DNA of 64,000 bases from Spirochaetota bacterium (GTDB lineage Bacteria; Spirochaetota; UBA4802; UBA5550). Below, in pieces: positions 26,366-36,719 of this stretch. A program made the position numbers and the translations under genes. Each line of letters opens with the position of its first letter. Positions within the stretch are counted from its first letter, which is position 1. The notes below the pieces were generated by a model, which saw nothing but the letters and a program-made list of their open reading frames with translations, had not been told where the DNA came from and searched no databases. The stretch spans positions 9,828-73,827 of the forward strand of contig JBGTBN010000010.1 in assembly GCA_041749375.1 (NCBI GenBank). Direction: 5' to 3'.

Positions 26366-26773
26366 ATGCGCAAGGGTAAAGTATTCACAAAACATGATTA
26401 TGAACGGCTTGTCAGTATCCTTAACAGCAGGGAAGCGACAACTGTACTCGATAAAACGACGGCTGAGAAGCTGAAACGCGACCTTGAACGCTCCCGGCTT
26501 GTAGACCCCCATGATATCAGGCCCAATATAGTAACCATGAATTCTAAAATCTGCCTTAAAAACCTCGGTAACGGGAAGAAAGAAGTCTATTCTCTTGTCT
26601 TTCCCGGCGATGGTAAAGGCAACGATACTTTGAATGTGTTTTCAGGAATGGGAACCGAGCTCCTCGGCAGCACCATCGGCACGGTCGTGAAAAAGAACCC
26701 CTCTGGCGAACAATATTTCGTTATAGAGGACATCCTCTATCAGCCCGAAGCGGCCGGCGATTTCCATCTCTGA
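26366..26773 (+). CDS. rnk: GreA/GreB-family protein, Rnk-like (nucleoside diphosphate kinase regulator type)
   Basis: ATG at 26366 follows GGGGGGA. About 135 aa with a short N-terminal helix (DYERLVSIL...) and a FKBP-like GreA C-terminal domain (VTMNSKICLKNLGNGKKEVYSLVFP...LNVFSGMGTELLGSTIG). Confidence 0.7.
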   Translation: MRKGKVFTKHDYERLVSILNSREATTVLDKTTAEKLKRDLERSRLVDPHDIRPNIVTMNSKICLKNLGNGKKEVYSLVFPGDGKGNDTLNVFSGMGTELLGSTIGTVVKKNPSGEQYFVIEDILYQPEAAGDFHL

Positions 26774-26815
26774 CAACCGGCGCTCCCTCGTCCGGGTTTT
26801 TTCCGCGGTATGAGG

Positions 26816-27205
26816 CTAAAATGAAACGATCCAGTTTTTTCCCGATTTCGTCAGCTTCCTGGCTTTTATTCCCTTCAACAGCTCAAGCGCCTCGTTGTAA
26901 TCAATACCGGTTATCTGATACTCATCTTCGCGGCCGCCGACCAGGTGATCATAACGGTATTCGTCCGTGTAGAGACGCGAGCAGAGCGGGCACCTGAGTA
27001 TATGCCACGAGTTTTTTACCAGGATGAATTCCTCAAGGCCGTTGGTTTCGCCCGGGGCCGTACCGGACGTGCTGCCGGGTGCGGTCTCTTTGCCCATGAT
27101 GTGTGAAAGCCTGGCGCAAACGGGGCAGGTACCGCGTTTCTTTGGCGGTCTCTCCACCGGGGCCAGTATCATTTTCAGGTTCTCTTCTGTAAAAAGGTAT
27201 TCCAT
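26816..27205 (-). CDS. Hypothetical protein with Zn-ribbon-like CPxC...CPxC
   Basis: Start taken at the internal ATG (MEYLFTEENL); the longer ORF begins with TTG. Contains CPVC and CPLC pairs. I recognise no family. Confidence 0.4.
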   Translation of the reverse strand: MEYLFTEENLKMILAPVERPPKKRGTCPVCARLSHIMGKETAPGSTSGTAPGETNGLEEFILVKNSWHILRCPLCSRLYTDEYRYDHLVGGREDEYQITGIDYNEALELLKGIKARKLTKSGKNWIVSF

Positions 27206-27376
27206 GCGCCCGATCCGGTCAGGCGGGATTCCCTCCGGGTGTTCCCGCCTGTGGTGCTGCACCTCCTGCCGGGTTTGATGCCAGACAGTACGGTCACAAC
27301 ACTTGAAATTACCAGAAAATATCAATAATGCAATCCATTTTTTAATACCATGCTTGCGATTATTGGTAAATTGTTC

Positions 27377-27440
27377 TTGACATATTAACCAAACGGTTAA
27401 TAATGCATGTTGATTTTAACCGTTTGGTTAATACTATAAT
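27377..27440 (+). promoter_or_regulatory. Two tandem promoter-like elements, each overlapped by a TTAACC-N4-GGTTAA palindrome
   Basis: TTGACA (27377-27382), then TTAACCAAACGGTTAA (27385-27400), then TAATAAT. This is followed by TTGATT, then TTAACCGTTTGGTTAA (27416-27431), then TATAAT (27435-27440). The two 16-mers are exact reverse complements of each other. Confidence 0.6.
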
Positions 27441-27462
27441 GTAACGAAGAGAGACCGGCAGC

Positions 27463-27990
27463 ATGAATCTTCGCATTGATTATTCAGCGTCGATAATCGC
27501 GGAAAAGAAAGGCCTTATCATCGCCGGAGCGGTACTGACGGTCGCGCTATCCCTGTATTTTATCGCCTGGCATTGGTCCATCATCGCAATCGGGTCCATC
27601 TATTCCACGCGTGACGTTTCCGTGGATTTTATCCTGCTGTCGGCCCGGTATTGCGCCGCCAGCGTGATTTTCTCGAGCGCCGTCTGTGTCTTGTTGATTG
27701 TGACAAGAAAACCGGCAGTCAGGAAATTCATTGTCGGATCAGCCCTTTTTCTTTTCTTCGCGTCGGAGTTTGTCAGGATGTTCGACTGGGGCGCGATGTA
27801 TTTTGGCGGTAACCACGTGGACAGCAATTTCTGGGCGCACGCCTTTTATTCCGACGGGACCGTGTACCTGACGACATGGCTCTCCATCGGAATCTATGCA
27901 TCGGTCGTACTTATGTTCGCGCTCGTGTTCGCATTACTGCGGAAAATATATCTTTATACTGAGCAGTTTGATGAAGGTGCCCGGTCATGA
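27463..27990 (+). CDS. Polytopic membrane protein (probable membrane module of a split LtaS/sulfatase-type enzyme)
   Basis: 175 aa, about 5 TM helices. ATGA overlap with the following sulfatase-domain gene. Confidence 0.55.
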   Translation: MNLRIDYSASIIAEKKGLIIAGAVLTVALSLYFIAWHWSIIAIGSIYSTRDVSVDFILLSARYCAASVIFSSAVCVLLIVTRKPAVRKFIVGSALFLFFASEFVRMFDWGAMYFGGNHVDSNFWAHAFYSDGTVYLTTWLSIGIYASVVLMFALVFALLRKIYLYTEQFDEGARS

Positions 27991-29519
27991 AAGCACGCCT
28001 TGCGATTATCGTTATCGTGACCAACGTCGCAGCTGCACTGCTCCTGACGTTGCTCGTGCAGTCAGGCTTGTTCCTCTCCGTACTTCTTGCCCGGAATGGA
28101 AATGAGCCGCCGTTGATGAAGGGAAACGGCTCGATCTCCATACATATCGATAAAAAAACATTGATGGACCGCGAACGTTCGATAGATCGCATAGAATCCG
28201 TTGAAAAGGCGTTCCGGAACGATGTCTCGGATCCCCGTGTCTACCTCAGTCTGCCGGAGTCGGAGTTCTTCAATTCGTTATTTGCATACTATTTCCTTTC
28301 GAAGATCATGAGCGCGAAGCCGGTCACGCTTGACCCGGGAACCATCAATTTCTTCAAAGAGCGTGGCCAGCTGCTATATACCATGGGAGAGCGGTATCCC
28401 CTCATGAAAAAAAGCATATTCCTGGACCCGCGCAGGAAATCGTACAACAGGCCCGCGATATCTCCAGGCATCAATGTCATCATCATTTTCGTCGAATCGC
28501 TTTCCGGTTTTTTCCTTAAAGATGAGATCCATGGCGTACAGGGGCTCACGCGTAATATCAATGAGATGGGAAAAGAATCCTTCGCGTTCACGAATATGTA
28601 CAACGCCAGCTTCCCTACCATACGGGGACTCATTGCCGCGCTTGGCTCGGGCGTCTACCTCCTGGACGAGAACATCGGCGGATCGCGCATACCCATTCCC
28701 TGCCGCTTCCTGTTCCTTTCGGACATTCTGAAAACAAGGGGATACACGACTATCCACGCACAGGCCGGGAGCGAGCACTTCATCGGCATGAAGGATTTTT
28801 TCATGAAACGGCAGAGTTATGATTATTTTTACGGGTGCGAGAGCCTGATCCCGCGCACGATACGGGACAGCGAAAGCGGGTTCGGCGTGGACGACGGCAT
28901 CCTGTTCTCTTTTATCGTTGAGTGGCTGAAAAAGCAGCCCCGGAACAGGCCCTTTCTCATGACGGTGTCGACCATAAACTCGCACCCGCCGTTCAAGGTG
29001 AAGGTGAAACATCCCGGTTCCGCTGGAAACGACATGATCGACGCTATCTATTCCACTGATTGCGCGTTCGGCGCGTTCTGGGAATATTTTAAAGCATCGC
29101 CCTACGCAGATAATACAGTGCTGATACTCACCGCAGACCATGCAATGGGCAACAACAAGCAGTACATAGAATTCATGAAAAAGAATGAGGACCGCTTCAG
29201 CCCGTTCTTCGATATCATCCCCTGCTTCATCCGCCTCCCCGGGGGCGCATGGCGGGGCAGGACGAATGATACGCGCTGCATAAGCCTGGACCTTCTGCCG
29301 ACACTGCTCGAGATGATGAACCTGGATCTGCCAAACCCGTTCATGGGCGTGCCGATTTTCTCGGAACGTAAATACTACCAGGAGCTGGAGAACCCGGCCA
29401 CGAAGATGGAGTTTGACCGGGAAACGATAGCGCGGGCGAAAAAAGTCCTTGCCTTCTACCTTAACCTGTACAAAGAAGACAGGATAATTCCCAGGGATTA
29501 TACTGTCACCCTGCATTAG
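27987..29519 (+). CDS. Sulfatase-like hydrolase/transferase (alkaline-phosphatase superfamily, LtaS/phosphoglycerol-transferase-like)
   Basis: 510 aa. One N-terminal TM helix, then NVIIIFVESLSG..., PTIRGL..., STINSHPPF and LILTADHAMG, which are motifs of the sulfatase domain. Confidence 0.75.
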   Translation: MKARLAIIVIVTNVAAALLLTLLVQSGLFLSVLLARNGNEPPLMKGNGSISIHIDKKTLMDRERSIDRIESVEKAFRNDVSDPRVYLSLPESEFFNSLFAYYFLSKIMSAKPVTLDPGTINFFKERGQLLYTMGERYPLMKKSIFLDPRRKSYNRPAISPGINVIIIFVESLSGFFLKDEIHGVQGLTRNINEMGKESFAFTNMYNASFPTIRGLIAALGSGVYLLDENIGGSRIPIPCRFLFLSDILKTRGYTTIHAQAGSEHFIGMKDFFMKRQSYDYFYGCESLIPRTIRDSESGFGVDDGILFSFIVEWLKKQPRNRPFLMTVSTINSHPPFKVKVKHPGSAGNDMIDAIYSTDCAFGAFWEYFKASPYADNTVLILTADHAMGNNKQYIEFMKKNEDRFSPFFDIIPCFIRLPGGAWRGRTNDTRCISLDLLPTLLEMMNLDLPNPFMGVPIFSERKYYQELENPATKMEFDRETIARAKKVLAFYLNLYKEDRIIPRDYTVTLH

Positions 29520-29580
29520 CGCCGGCCGGCGTGACCGCGCGGGACGCCAGTAACCAGACAGGACAGATCGGGAGCGGGAC

Positions 29581-30039
29581 ATGCTGCAGTCAATTGTAAA
29601 TCTGCTGAGCGGAAAATCCACGGGCAGCGGTCCCCGCGCGGACGGCGGGGACCGGATCAGCGTTGCCGCGTGCGTGATTCTCCTGGAGATGGCCCATGCT
29701 GACGATGATTTCTCCGTCATCGAAGGGGACCGCGTGCGACGGCTGATGCGCGAGGAGCTCGGTCTCGGCGCGGAGGAGGCGGAGGCCGTTCTCGCTACCG
29801 CCGGGCGCGAACAGCGTGAGGCCACCGACCTGTGGGGCTATACCAGCGTTATCAACCGGAATTTCAGCGATGCGGAAAAGCGGCGTCTCATCGAGTACGC
29901 CTGGCGCATCGCCTATGCCGATGGGCGCCTCGACCCGGGCGAGGACCACCTGGTCCACCGGCTCGCCGCGCTCCTGCATGTCGATCACGCCGAGCTGATC
30001 GCCGCCAAGCTTCGGGCACGCGACGCGGGTGACCGGTGA
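29581..30039 (+). CDS. TerB-family (tellurite-resistance TerB-like) protein
   Basis: 152 aa. Contains LLEMAHADDDFSVIEGDRVRRLM...FSDAEKRRLIEYAWRIAYADGRLDPGEDHLVHRLAALL. Confidence 0.7.
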   Translation: MLQSIVNLLSGKSTGSGPRADGGDRISVAACVILLEMAHADDDFSVIEGDRVRRLMREELGLGAEEAEAVLATAGREQREATDLWGYTSVINRNFSDAEKRRLIEYAWRIAYADGRLDPGEDHLVHRLAALLHVDHAELIAAKLRARDAGDR

Positions 30040-30055
30040 AGCGTGCGCCGCTTAC

Positions 30056-31042
30056 TTACCTGACAATTTTCTCCATGTTCTTGAGCGCCTGCTCGTAGGT
30101 CTCGTTGAAGGAAAGCTTCGACTTGTATCCGGCCGCATTTTTGTGGCCGCCGCCGCCACGTTCCATGGCGAGCTGCGCCACGTCGATGTCGCCCTTGGTC
30201 CGCATGCTCACCTTGACCGGCCCCTCGATGTCCTGCTTGACTAAAATACTCGCCACCACACCCCTGACCGTCAGGGGAAGGTTGATGGCCGGCTCGCCCT
30301 CGGAGAAGGAGGCCCCGGTTTCCGTGAGCATGTCGGGGGTGAGCCTGAGCGCAATCATTTTCCCGCCGTGGAGCACTTCCATCGTGGACAGGACCCGCCC
30401 CCGGAGCGCGAAGCTTGAAAGGGCATTTTGCTCGTAGATCTGCTCGTGGATGAAGAACGGGGTCACGCCCGCCTCCACCAGTTTTGCCGCTATGCGGAAG
30501 GTCTCCGGCGTGGTTTTGGGATACTTGAACGAGCCGGTGTCGAACACGATACCGCCGAAGATCGCCTGGGCCGCGCGCAGGGTGGGCGGCATGCCGAAAT
30601 GCTCTATGATGTGAAACATTATCTCGCTGACGGAGGAGGCGCCGGCCTTGATGATGTTGGCGCCGAGCTTGCTCTCGTCTCCCTCGTGGTGGTCTATGAT
30701 GAGGAGCTCCCGCACCCGGTCCTTGAGCGCGTTGTAGGCGCCGGCGCCGATGTTGTCATAATCGTTCGTGTCCAGCACGATATGCGCGTACTCGTCGATG
30801 TCGTCGGGGAGGGTGAAGGTCCCGTCCATGACATTGATGTCGTGCTCCAGGTCGAGGAAGAGAAAATTGTCGGGCGTGGGGTCGGAATTGACGATGAGGG
30901 GCTTTTTCCCGAGCTTGTTCAGGAGCTCGAACATGGCTATCTCGCCGCCCAGGCCGTCCCAGTCCGGGCTTTCGTGCGTCGATATTACGAATTTTTCGTA
31001 TTTGGAGAGGAATGTTTCGAGCTTGACGAAACTCTCGTCCAT
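30056..31042 (-). CDS. nrnA: DHH-family phosphoesterase NrnA-like (oligoribonuclease / pAp phosphatase)
   Basis: Start at the internal ATG ([12 protein letters not shown]...THESPDWDGLG). Contains DHH (IIDHHEG) and GGGHKNAAG motifs. The TGATG junction overlaps the glyQ stop. Confidence 0.8.
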   Translation of the reverse strand: MDESFVKLETFLSKYEKFVISTHESPDWDGLGGEIAMFELLNKLGKKPLIVNSDPTPDNFLFLDLEHDINVMDGTFTLPDDIDEYAHIVLDTNDYDNIGAGAYNALKDRVRELLIIDHHEGDESKLGANIIKAGASSVSEIMFHIIEHFGMPPTLRAAQAIFGGIVFDTGSFKYPKTTPETFRIAAKLVEAGVTPFFIHEQIYEQNALSSFALRGRVLSTMEVLHGGKMIALRLTPDMLTETGASFSEGEPAINLPLTVRGVVASILVKQDIEGPVKVSMRTKGDIDVAQLAMERGGGGHKNAAGYKSKLSFNETYEQALKNMEKIVR

Positions 31043-31938
31043 CAGGCTGCCCCGGCCGGTTGTTTTTTGAGGAGCGGAAAGCCCATCTCCTCGCGTATTG
31101 CCACGTACTGCTCGGCGCACCGCCGTGCGATGTTGCGCACCCGCGCGATGTACCCGACCCGCTCGGTGACCGAAATGGCTCCACGTGCGTCCAGCATGTT
31201 GAATACGTGCGAGCACTTCAGCACGTAATCGTAGGCCGGGAGCACGATCTTCTGCTTCGGGTAGTCGAGTATTGCGAGGCACTCCTTCTCATACAGGTCA
31301 AAGAGCCTGAAGTGGAGCTCTGTGTCCGCGATGTTGAAGTTGTAGTGCGAGAACTCGAACTCGCTCTGGCCGTGTATGTCGCCGTAGCGCACGTTCTCGT
31401 TCCACATGACGTCCTTGAAGTGGTTCACGCCCTGCAGGTACATGCAGATCCGCTCCGTGCCGTAGGTCAGCTCCACCGAAACCGGTTTCAGCTCAAGGCT
31501 CCCGCACTGCTGGAAGTAGGTGCACTGCGAGGTCTCCTTGCCGTCGAGCCACACCTCCCAGCCCAGGCCGGCAGCGCCCAGTGTGGGTGATTCCCAATCG
31601 TCCTCCACGAAGCGGACGTCGTGCTCCTCGAGCTTGATGCCCAGGTGACGGAGCGAGTCAAGGTACAGGTCCTGCACGTCGACCGGCGAGGGCTTCAGGA
31701 TCACCTGGTACTGGTAGTAGTGCTGGAGGCGGTTCGGGTTGTCGCCGTAGCGGCCGTCAGTGGGTCGCCGCGAGGGCTCCACATAGGCCACGCTCCACGG
31801 CTCCGGGCCGAGAACGCGCAGGAAGGTTGCCGGGTTGAAAGTGCCCGCTCCCACCTCGAGGTCGTATCCCTGTATGATGAGACAGCCCCGCTGGGCCCAG
31901 TATTCGTTCAGTTTTGCGAGCAGGTCCTGGAAATACAT
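31042..31938 (-). CDS. glyQ: Glycine--tRNA ligase alpha subunit
   Basis: Start at the internal ATG ([48 protein letters not shown]). Highly conserved GlyQ sequence throughout. Confidence 0.92.
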   Translation of the reverse strand: MYFQDLLAKLNEYWAQRGCLIIQGYDLEVGAGTFNPATFLRVLGPEPWSVAYVEPSRRPTDGRYGDNPNRLQHYYQYQVILKPSPVDVQDLYLDSLRHLGIKLEEHDVRFVEDDWESPTLGAAGLGWEVWLDGKETSQCTYFQQCGSLELKPVSVELTYGTERICMYLQGVNHFKDVMWNENVRYGDIHGQSEFEFSHYNFNIADTELHFRLFDLYEKECLAILDYPKQKIVLPAYDYVLKCSHVFNMLDARGAISVTERVGYIARVRNIARRCAEQYVAIREEMGFPLLKKQPAGAA

Positions 31939-32118
31939 CGAAAAGCTCCTTTGTCGTATGGGGCCCGGCAACTCCCCCGGCCCGTGGCAAGGGGCCATCC
32001 GGCCGTTACGGTACAACCCATGATACCTGCGGCAGGCGCAGGAGGGACAATAGTGGGGTGGAAAAATGTATTTAGTCAAGTAAATTATTTGGGGGTCGAT
32101 CGTCCCCGGCACGCGGTC

Positions 32119-34002
32119 TTATACCCGGAACCTTGAGACGAGCAGGGTCATCTCCCCGGCAAGCTCGCCCAGGCGTTTCGCCATGAGGTTGACGCGGTCG
32201 GCATTGCCCGATGTCTCCTGGGATATCTGGGTGATGGAGTTTACCGCATGGGTGATCTCGTCGTTGGTCGCCTTCTGCTCTATCGATGAATTGTATATTT
32301 CCGCGGAGGATTCGTTCAGCCCGCCAATCTTCGCCTGGATGCTCTCGGTCATCTCCTTCATCCCCTCGGTAAAGGAGAACACTTCTCGGATAACGCCGTC
32401 GGTTTCGACCATGCTGGCGTTCATCGCGGTGAACGCCTCCAGCACCTTGCCCATGTACACGAGCTCGCGATTGATCTGTTCCGTGTGCCGGGTGATGTTT
32501 CCCCGTATGCCCCCTGACAGGGAGGTCGTCTGATCGGCGAGCTTGTTGATCTCGTCGGCGACAACGGCGAAGCCGCGCCCGTGCTCGCCGGCCCGGGCCG
32601 CCTCGATGGCCGCGTTGAGGGCCAGCAGGTTGATCTGGTCCGCTATATCGTTTATCATGCCGACCATGTCGTCGATGTTCTTCACGAGCCCGGCGAGGTC
32701 CTGGAGCGATTTCATCGATTCGTCAACGAGGGCGCCGCTCTCTTTCGCGATCTCCATCGTCCTGACCGCCTTCTCGCGCAGGTTGCGCGATTTATCAGAG
32801 AGCTCGCCGCTCCGCGCCGACATGATCTCGATGTCCTTTTTCACGGCCGCTGCTTCCTCGTTCTGTTTCCTGACGCTGCGGAGGTTTATCTCGAAGGAGG
32901 TTGACATTTCCTCGTAGGCGGCGCTGGTCTCCTCGACGATTGACGCATGATCGGACGCGATCTTTGAAAGCCTCTCGGAGGAATCCATGAGCTCCCCGCT
33001 GGCGGATGTCATGCCCGATGAGCTTCCCGCTATCGCAGTCACCATCAGCTTGAGGTTTTCCTTCATGCCGTAAACTGAAAGGTTGATCGAGGACAGCTCG
33101 TCGAGCACCGGTATTTTTTTCGCGGGCGCGTCAAGGGCCCCATCGCCGATCGTGCCGAGCATGCCGAGAATGATGTTGACCTTGTACAGCATGGTGCGGG
33201 TGAGCATCACGGACACGAAAAAAGAGCTGGATACCGTGATGATCGCCATGATGACGATTTTCAGGAGTATGCCGGACTTGTCCATGTCCAGCGGCGCGAT
33301 GAACATGAGGAAGAAAGCAAGGAAGATGGCAAAGGGCAGAAGCGTGATGATCACGATCGAGACGGTGAATTTTTGAAAAAGGGACAGGCGGAGCTTCTTC
33401 CCGGTTTCGGCCCATCGCGGGAAAACACCCGTCTTCATGATCTTTTTCATGTACAGCTCGGTGAGGAAAAAATACATGATGCTCGTGAACGGGGCGATAA
33501 TGACGAGGATCATCCACATGTTGAAGGTCTGCGCCCATGATATGTCGCCCAGTATCATCATTGGAATGATGACAAGCGACAGGCCCAGGATCCACCGGTA
33601 GAAAGAATGGAACGCATGGAGGTAGGGCAGTGCTGTAAAACGTTTAAAAGCGCGGTTATACTCCTCCTCCGCAGGCTCGATTCCCCGAAGTATTTTCTTG
33701 AAGTACGAGTCCACGGGCCGGGTGAGCAGCATGTTGCTGACGTTGGTGATCACGGCGAGAATGACGACATTTGCGATCGCGAGCTTGATGAACAGCCAGA
33801 ACTGGTCGTCTGTAAAGCTGAGGTTGGCCCAGACATAGAAAAACAGAAGAGGCACTATATAAAAATAACTCACCCCCTCCGTGCGAAGGATGAATTCCTT
33901 CGTGAATCGCTTTAATACCGATCGTGATTGTTCAGAAACAGTTATAATCATATATCCGGCTCCCGTGGTCCTTGCTTTTTGTGTGCGTTGCGTCGCGGCC
34001 AT
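32119..34002 (-). CDS. Methyl-accepting chemotaxis protein
   Basis: 627 aa with multiple N-terminal TM helices. Contains the signalling hairpin [33 protein letters not shown]. Confidence 0.88.
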   Translation of the reverse strand: MAATQRTQKARTTGAGYMIITVSEQSRSVLKRFTKEFILRTEGVSYFYIVPLLFFYVWANLSFTDDQFWLFIKLAIANVVILAVITNVSNMLLTRPVDSYFKKILRGIEPAEEEYNRAFKRFTALPYLHAFHSFYRWILGLSLVIIPMMILGDISWAQTFNMWMILVIIAPFTSIMYFFLTELYMKKIMKTGVFPRWAETGKKLRLSLFQKFTVSIVIITLLPFAIFLAFFLMFIAPLDMDKSGILLKIVIMAIITVSSSFFVSVMLTRTMLYKVNIILGMLGTIGDGALDAPAKKIPVLDELSSINLSVYGMKENLKLMVTAIAGSSSGMTSASGELMDSSERLSKIASDHASIVEETSAAYEEMSTSFEINLRSVRKQNEEAAAVKKDIEIMSARSGELSDKSRNLREKAVRTMEIAKESGALVDESMKSLQDLAGLVKNIDDMVGMINDIADQINLLALNAAIEAARAGEHGRGFAVVADEINKLADQTTSLSGGIRGNITRHTEQINRELVYMGKVLEAFTAMNASMVETDGVIREVFSFTEGMKEMTESIQAKIGGLNESSAEIYNSSIEQKATNDEITHAVNSITQISQETSGNADRVNLMAKRLGELAGEMTLLVSRFRV

Positions 34003-34318
34003 CCCTGTTTAAAGAAAGAGAAATTCTAATAGATGAGAGCAATCACATGCAAGTTAAAAATTATTATTTATTGCTTTTATGCGACTGGTCGGCATCCAAC
34101 TGCCAGGCGGCATGCCGATTGCCGGCGGAATGCTGCATTTTAAGGGAATTTCCCTACAGGGATTTCCGTCGAATCCTTGATCATTTGATTTGTTTCCCGG
34201 GATCGAAGCGGAACCGCTTGATGACCGCCATTACGGCTGATTGGCTCCGGGCATATCGTGAAGATTATTTCTGGCGCGCCCCTCCGCGGGACGGGAGGGA
34301 TGGGACGGCGCGCAGTTG

Positions 34319-35824
34319 TTACGCTTCCTTCTGCTGGCTCTCGTACGACTCTTTCAGGACCTTGTGCATGATGTCGAATGCCTTGCGGTCGCCCAGGTTG
34401 AAGTACTCGATCACGTCCTCGTCTATGAATTCATAGCGGAACCGCTTCTTCTCGATCTCGACAAGGCAGTCGCCCAGGTACACTATGAACACGAGCTGGC
34501 GTATGTTGACCGGCGCCATGTGGGGCCGGTGGTGGTACTCAACGGTCTTGATGAGCGCGTCGTTGAACTTCCATTTGCTGAAGATCATGCCGCCCAGCGC
34601 GGCGTGGGATATGCCCAGGCTGATCTCCTCCAGCAGGTCGATGTTCTCCATTCCCTTGAACCCGGCCAGCTCCTGGAGCGATGTCAGGAGGTCAGACTTG
34701 AGCGAGAGCATCACGATGAAGCCGACGTCGGAGAGGAGGGCGGCCAGGTATGCGAAGTCGCCCAGCTTGGTCTTCTTCATCTGCACCGCGATCTGGGAGG
34801 CGTAAGCCGCCCGCTTGTACGAGTCCTTCCATGTCGCTTCTGCGCGTTTGTACCGCGCGTCCATGACCTTGTGCACGCCCGTGGCGAGCAGCAGCGCGTT
34901 GATCCCTTTCACGCCGATGATCTTGACTGCTTCCTCGATGGTCTCGGTCTTCTTGACAGTGAAGTACCCGGCCGAGTTGGCCAGCTTGAGGATCGAGGTG
35001 GTGAGTCCCGGGTCGAGCGTGATGGCCCCGGCGATCTCCCTGATGGTCGTGTCCGCGTTGGCGCAGAGCTTCTGTATCCGGATGATGTTTTCCGGGAACG
35101 CCGGTATCGCCTCTATCTCGCGTATGATCTCTCCGGCGATCTGGACCCGGGCGCGGATCTTGTCCATGGCGAGCGGTATCGCTATCGCTGATATCGTCAA
35201 CTCCTTCTTCCGGTATATACGGAAGGAGTCCTGGGACATGCCCATGTTCTTGAAGATCATCATCGCCATGATGAGCCCCAGGCCCGCGCCCTCGGAATCG
35301 TCCAGGACCTCGTCAAAGGCCTCGGATATGTCGTTGTACTTGTACGCTTTCTTGATGCGGGCGTTGATCTTGGAAAGCTCCGTATCCAGGATGGGTACGT
35401 TGTTGATTACGTTGATGTAGAGATATTCGCCGGAGGTCTTGAACGCGACGCGCACGACGAGCGGGGACTCCGCCAGTTTAGCCATGTAGTCCTCGTCCCC
35501 CTCGTATGCCTCCTCCTTGAAGGTCTCCATGCCCTGCCGGTAATCCTCGGTCTTGAGTATGTCCAGCTTTTTCACCGTGAAGTAGAGCCTTTTTAAATTG
35601 GCCTTGATCGCGTTATTGACGAGCTCCTTGATCACGTTGATGATCTGGTTCTTGATATAGCCCAGGTCGTAGTGTGCCAGGTAGCGGTGCACGCACTTGT
35701 TTATGATGCCGTCTACCGCCGGCGAAAGGACGTTAAACTGGATGTAGAAGTCATTTTCAGCGGCAACGGCCTTTTTATAATCCTGCGGCTGAATGGTGTA
35801 GCTGGTTGTACTCCCGTTGCTCAA
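34319..35824 (-). CDS. GHKL-ATPase-like (anti-sigma kinase-type) domain fused to an HDOD domain
   Basis: 501 aa. N-terminal N-box ELVNNAIKAN and G-box DDSEGAGLGL. C-terminal HDOD pattern (IEAIPAFPENIIRIQKLC...IAGAITLDPGLTTSILKLANSAGY...ETIEEAVKIIG). Confidence 0.65.
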   Translation of the reverse strand: MSNGSTTSYTIQPQDYKKAVAAENDFYIQFNVLSPAVDGIINKCVHRYLAHYDLGYIKNQIINVIKELVNNAIKANLKRLYFTVKKLDILKTEDYRQGMETFKEEAYEGDEDYMAKLAESPLVVRVAFKTSGEYLYINVINNVPILDTELSKINARIKKAYKYNDISEAFDEVLDDSEGAGLGLIMAMMIFKNMGMSQDSFRIYRKKELTISAIAIPLAMDKIRARVQIAGEIIREIEAIPAFPENIIRIQKLCANADTTIREIAGAITLDPGLTTSILKLANSAGYFTVKKTETIEEAVKIIGVKGINALLLATGVHKVMDARYKRAEATWKDSYKRAAYASQIAVQMKKTKLGDFAYLAALLSDVGFIVMLSLKSDLLTSLQELAGFKGMENIDLLEEISLGISHAALGGMIFSKWKFNDALIKTVEYHHRPHMAPVNIRQLVFIVYLGDCLVEIEKKRFRYEFIDEDVIEYFNLGDRKAFDIMHKVLKESYESQQKEA

Positions 35825-36161
35825 CCCCGGTCTCCCCTCATGTGTCTGGATCTGTCTGGCAAGCCTGATATTTATATATCGCTCGGTTATTGAAAATAAT
35901 CAAGTATTTTGTTGGTTTTTTTTGGCCAGGAATCTCCCTGGCAGGCGGGGCAAGTCGCGTATGACGGCCGCCCTGACAGGACGACCCCGCCCGGGCGGCA
36001 TGACATTTATCCATTTTTCATCTTGACAACATGGTTTTGGTTTTTTACATTCTTCAAAACTGCTGGAATACGAACAATTAGCGCGTGCCGGTACTGCCTG
36101 GGAGCGCACCTCCAGGATGTTTCTTCTATATATATTATATATTCATTAGCGCGGAGGAACG

Positions 36162-36620
36162 ATGAAGGGAAGAGGGGATTTCCCCAGTTTGAACACCAAG
36201 ATGCCTGACGGGATCAAGCCGGGAGGCAGGCCGTATAAGCTTATGGTCGTGGAAAACAAGGATTTTCTGAGGAAGCAGATAGTACAGATATTCGAGTCGG
36301 AGAGTTATAACGTGGTGGCCACTGCCGCCAACGGGCAGGAGGCCCTCGACAAGCTTTCAAAAATTGAAGGTAAGATCGATCTTATAACGACCACCCTTGA
36401 TATGCCCGTCCTTGACGGATATGCGTTTTTATACGAGCTTTCCAGGAGGCCTAACAAACCGCTTGTCATTTTTGTAAGCGATGAAACGACCAAGGGGGTA
36501 ATGGCGGACCTGGTGAAGCTCGGCATCAGCGATTTTATCCTCAAGCCTGTCGATCGCAGGACGCTCCTGCTGCGGGTTAAAGCAGTATTGCAAAAATACA
36601 AGCTGGCAAACCCGGACTGA
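36162..36620 (+). CDS. CheY-like single-domain response regulator
   Basis: 152 aa. SD GGAGGA lies upstream. Receiver core LMVVENKD...DLITTTLDMPVLDG...FILKP. An alternative start exists at 36201. Confidence 0.8.
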   Translation: MKGRGDFPSLNTKMPDGIKPGGRPYKLMVVENKDFLRKQIVQIFESESYNVVATAANGQEALDKLSKIEGKIDLITTTLDMPVLDGYAFLYELSRRPNKPLVIFVSDETTKGVMADLVKLGISDFILKPVDRRTLLLRVKAVLQKYKLANPD

Positions 36621-36719
36621 AAAAATTCTTGTAAAAACCCGGTGGATATGACCGGATGATTAAGCGGAAGATAACGGGGGGGCTCTTCCGCGGCGGTTAT
36701 TGCACACCCGTGGAGAATT

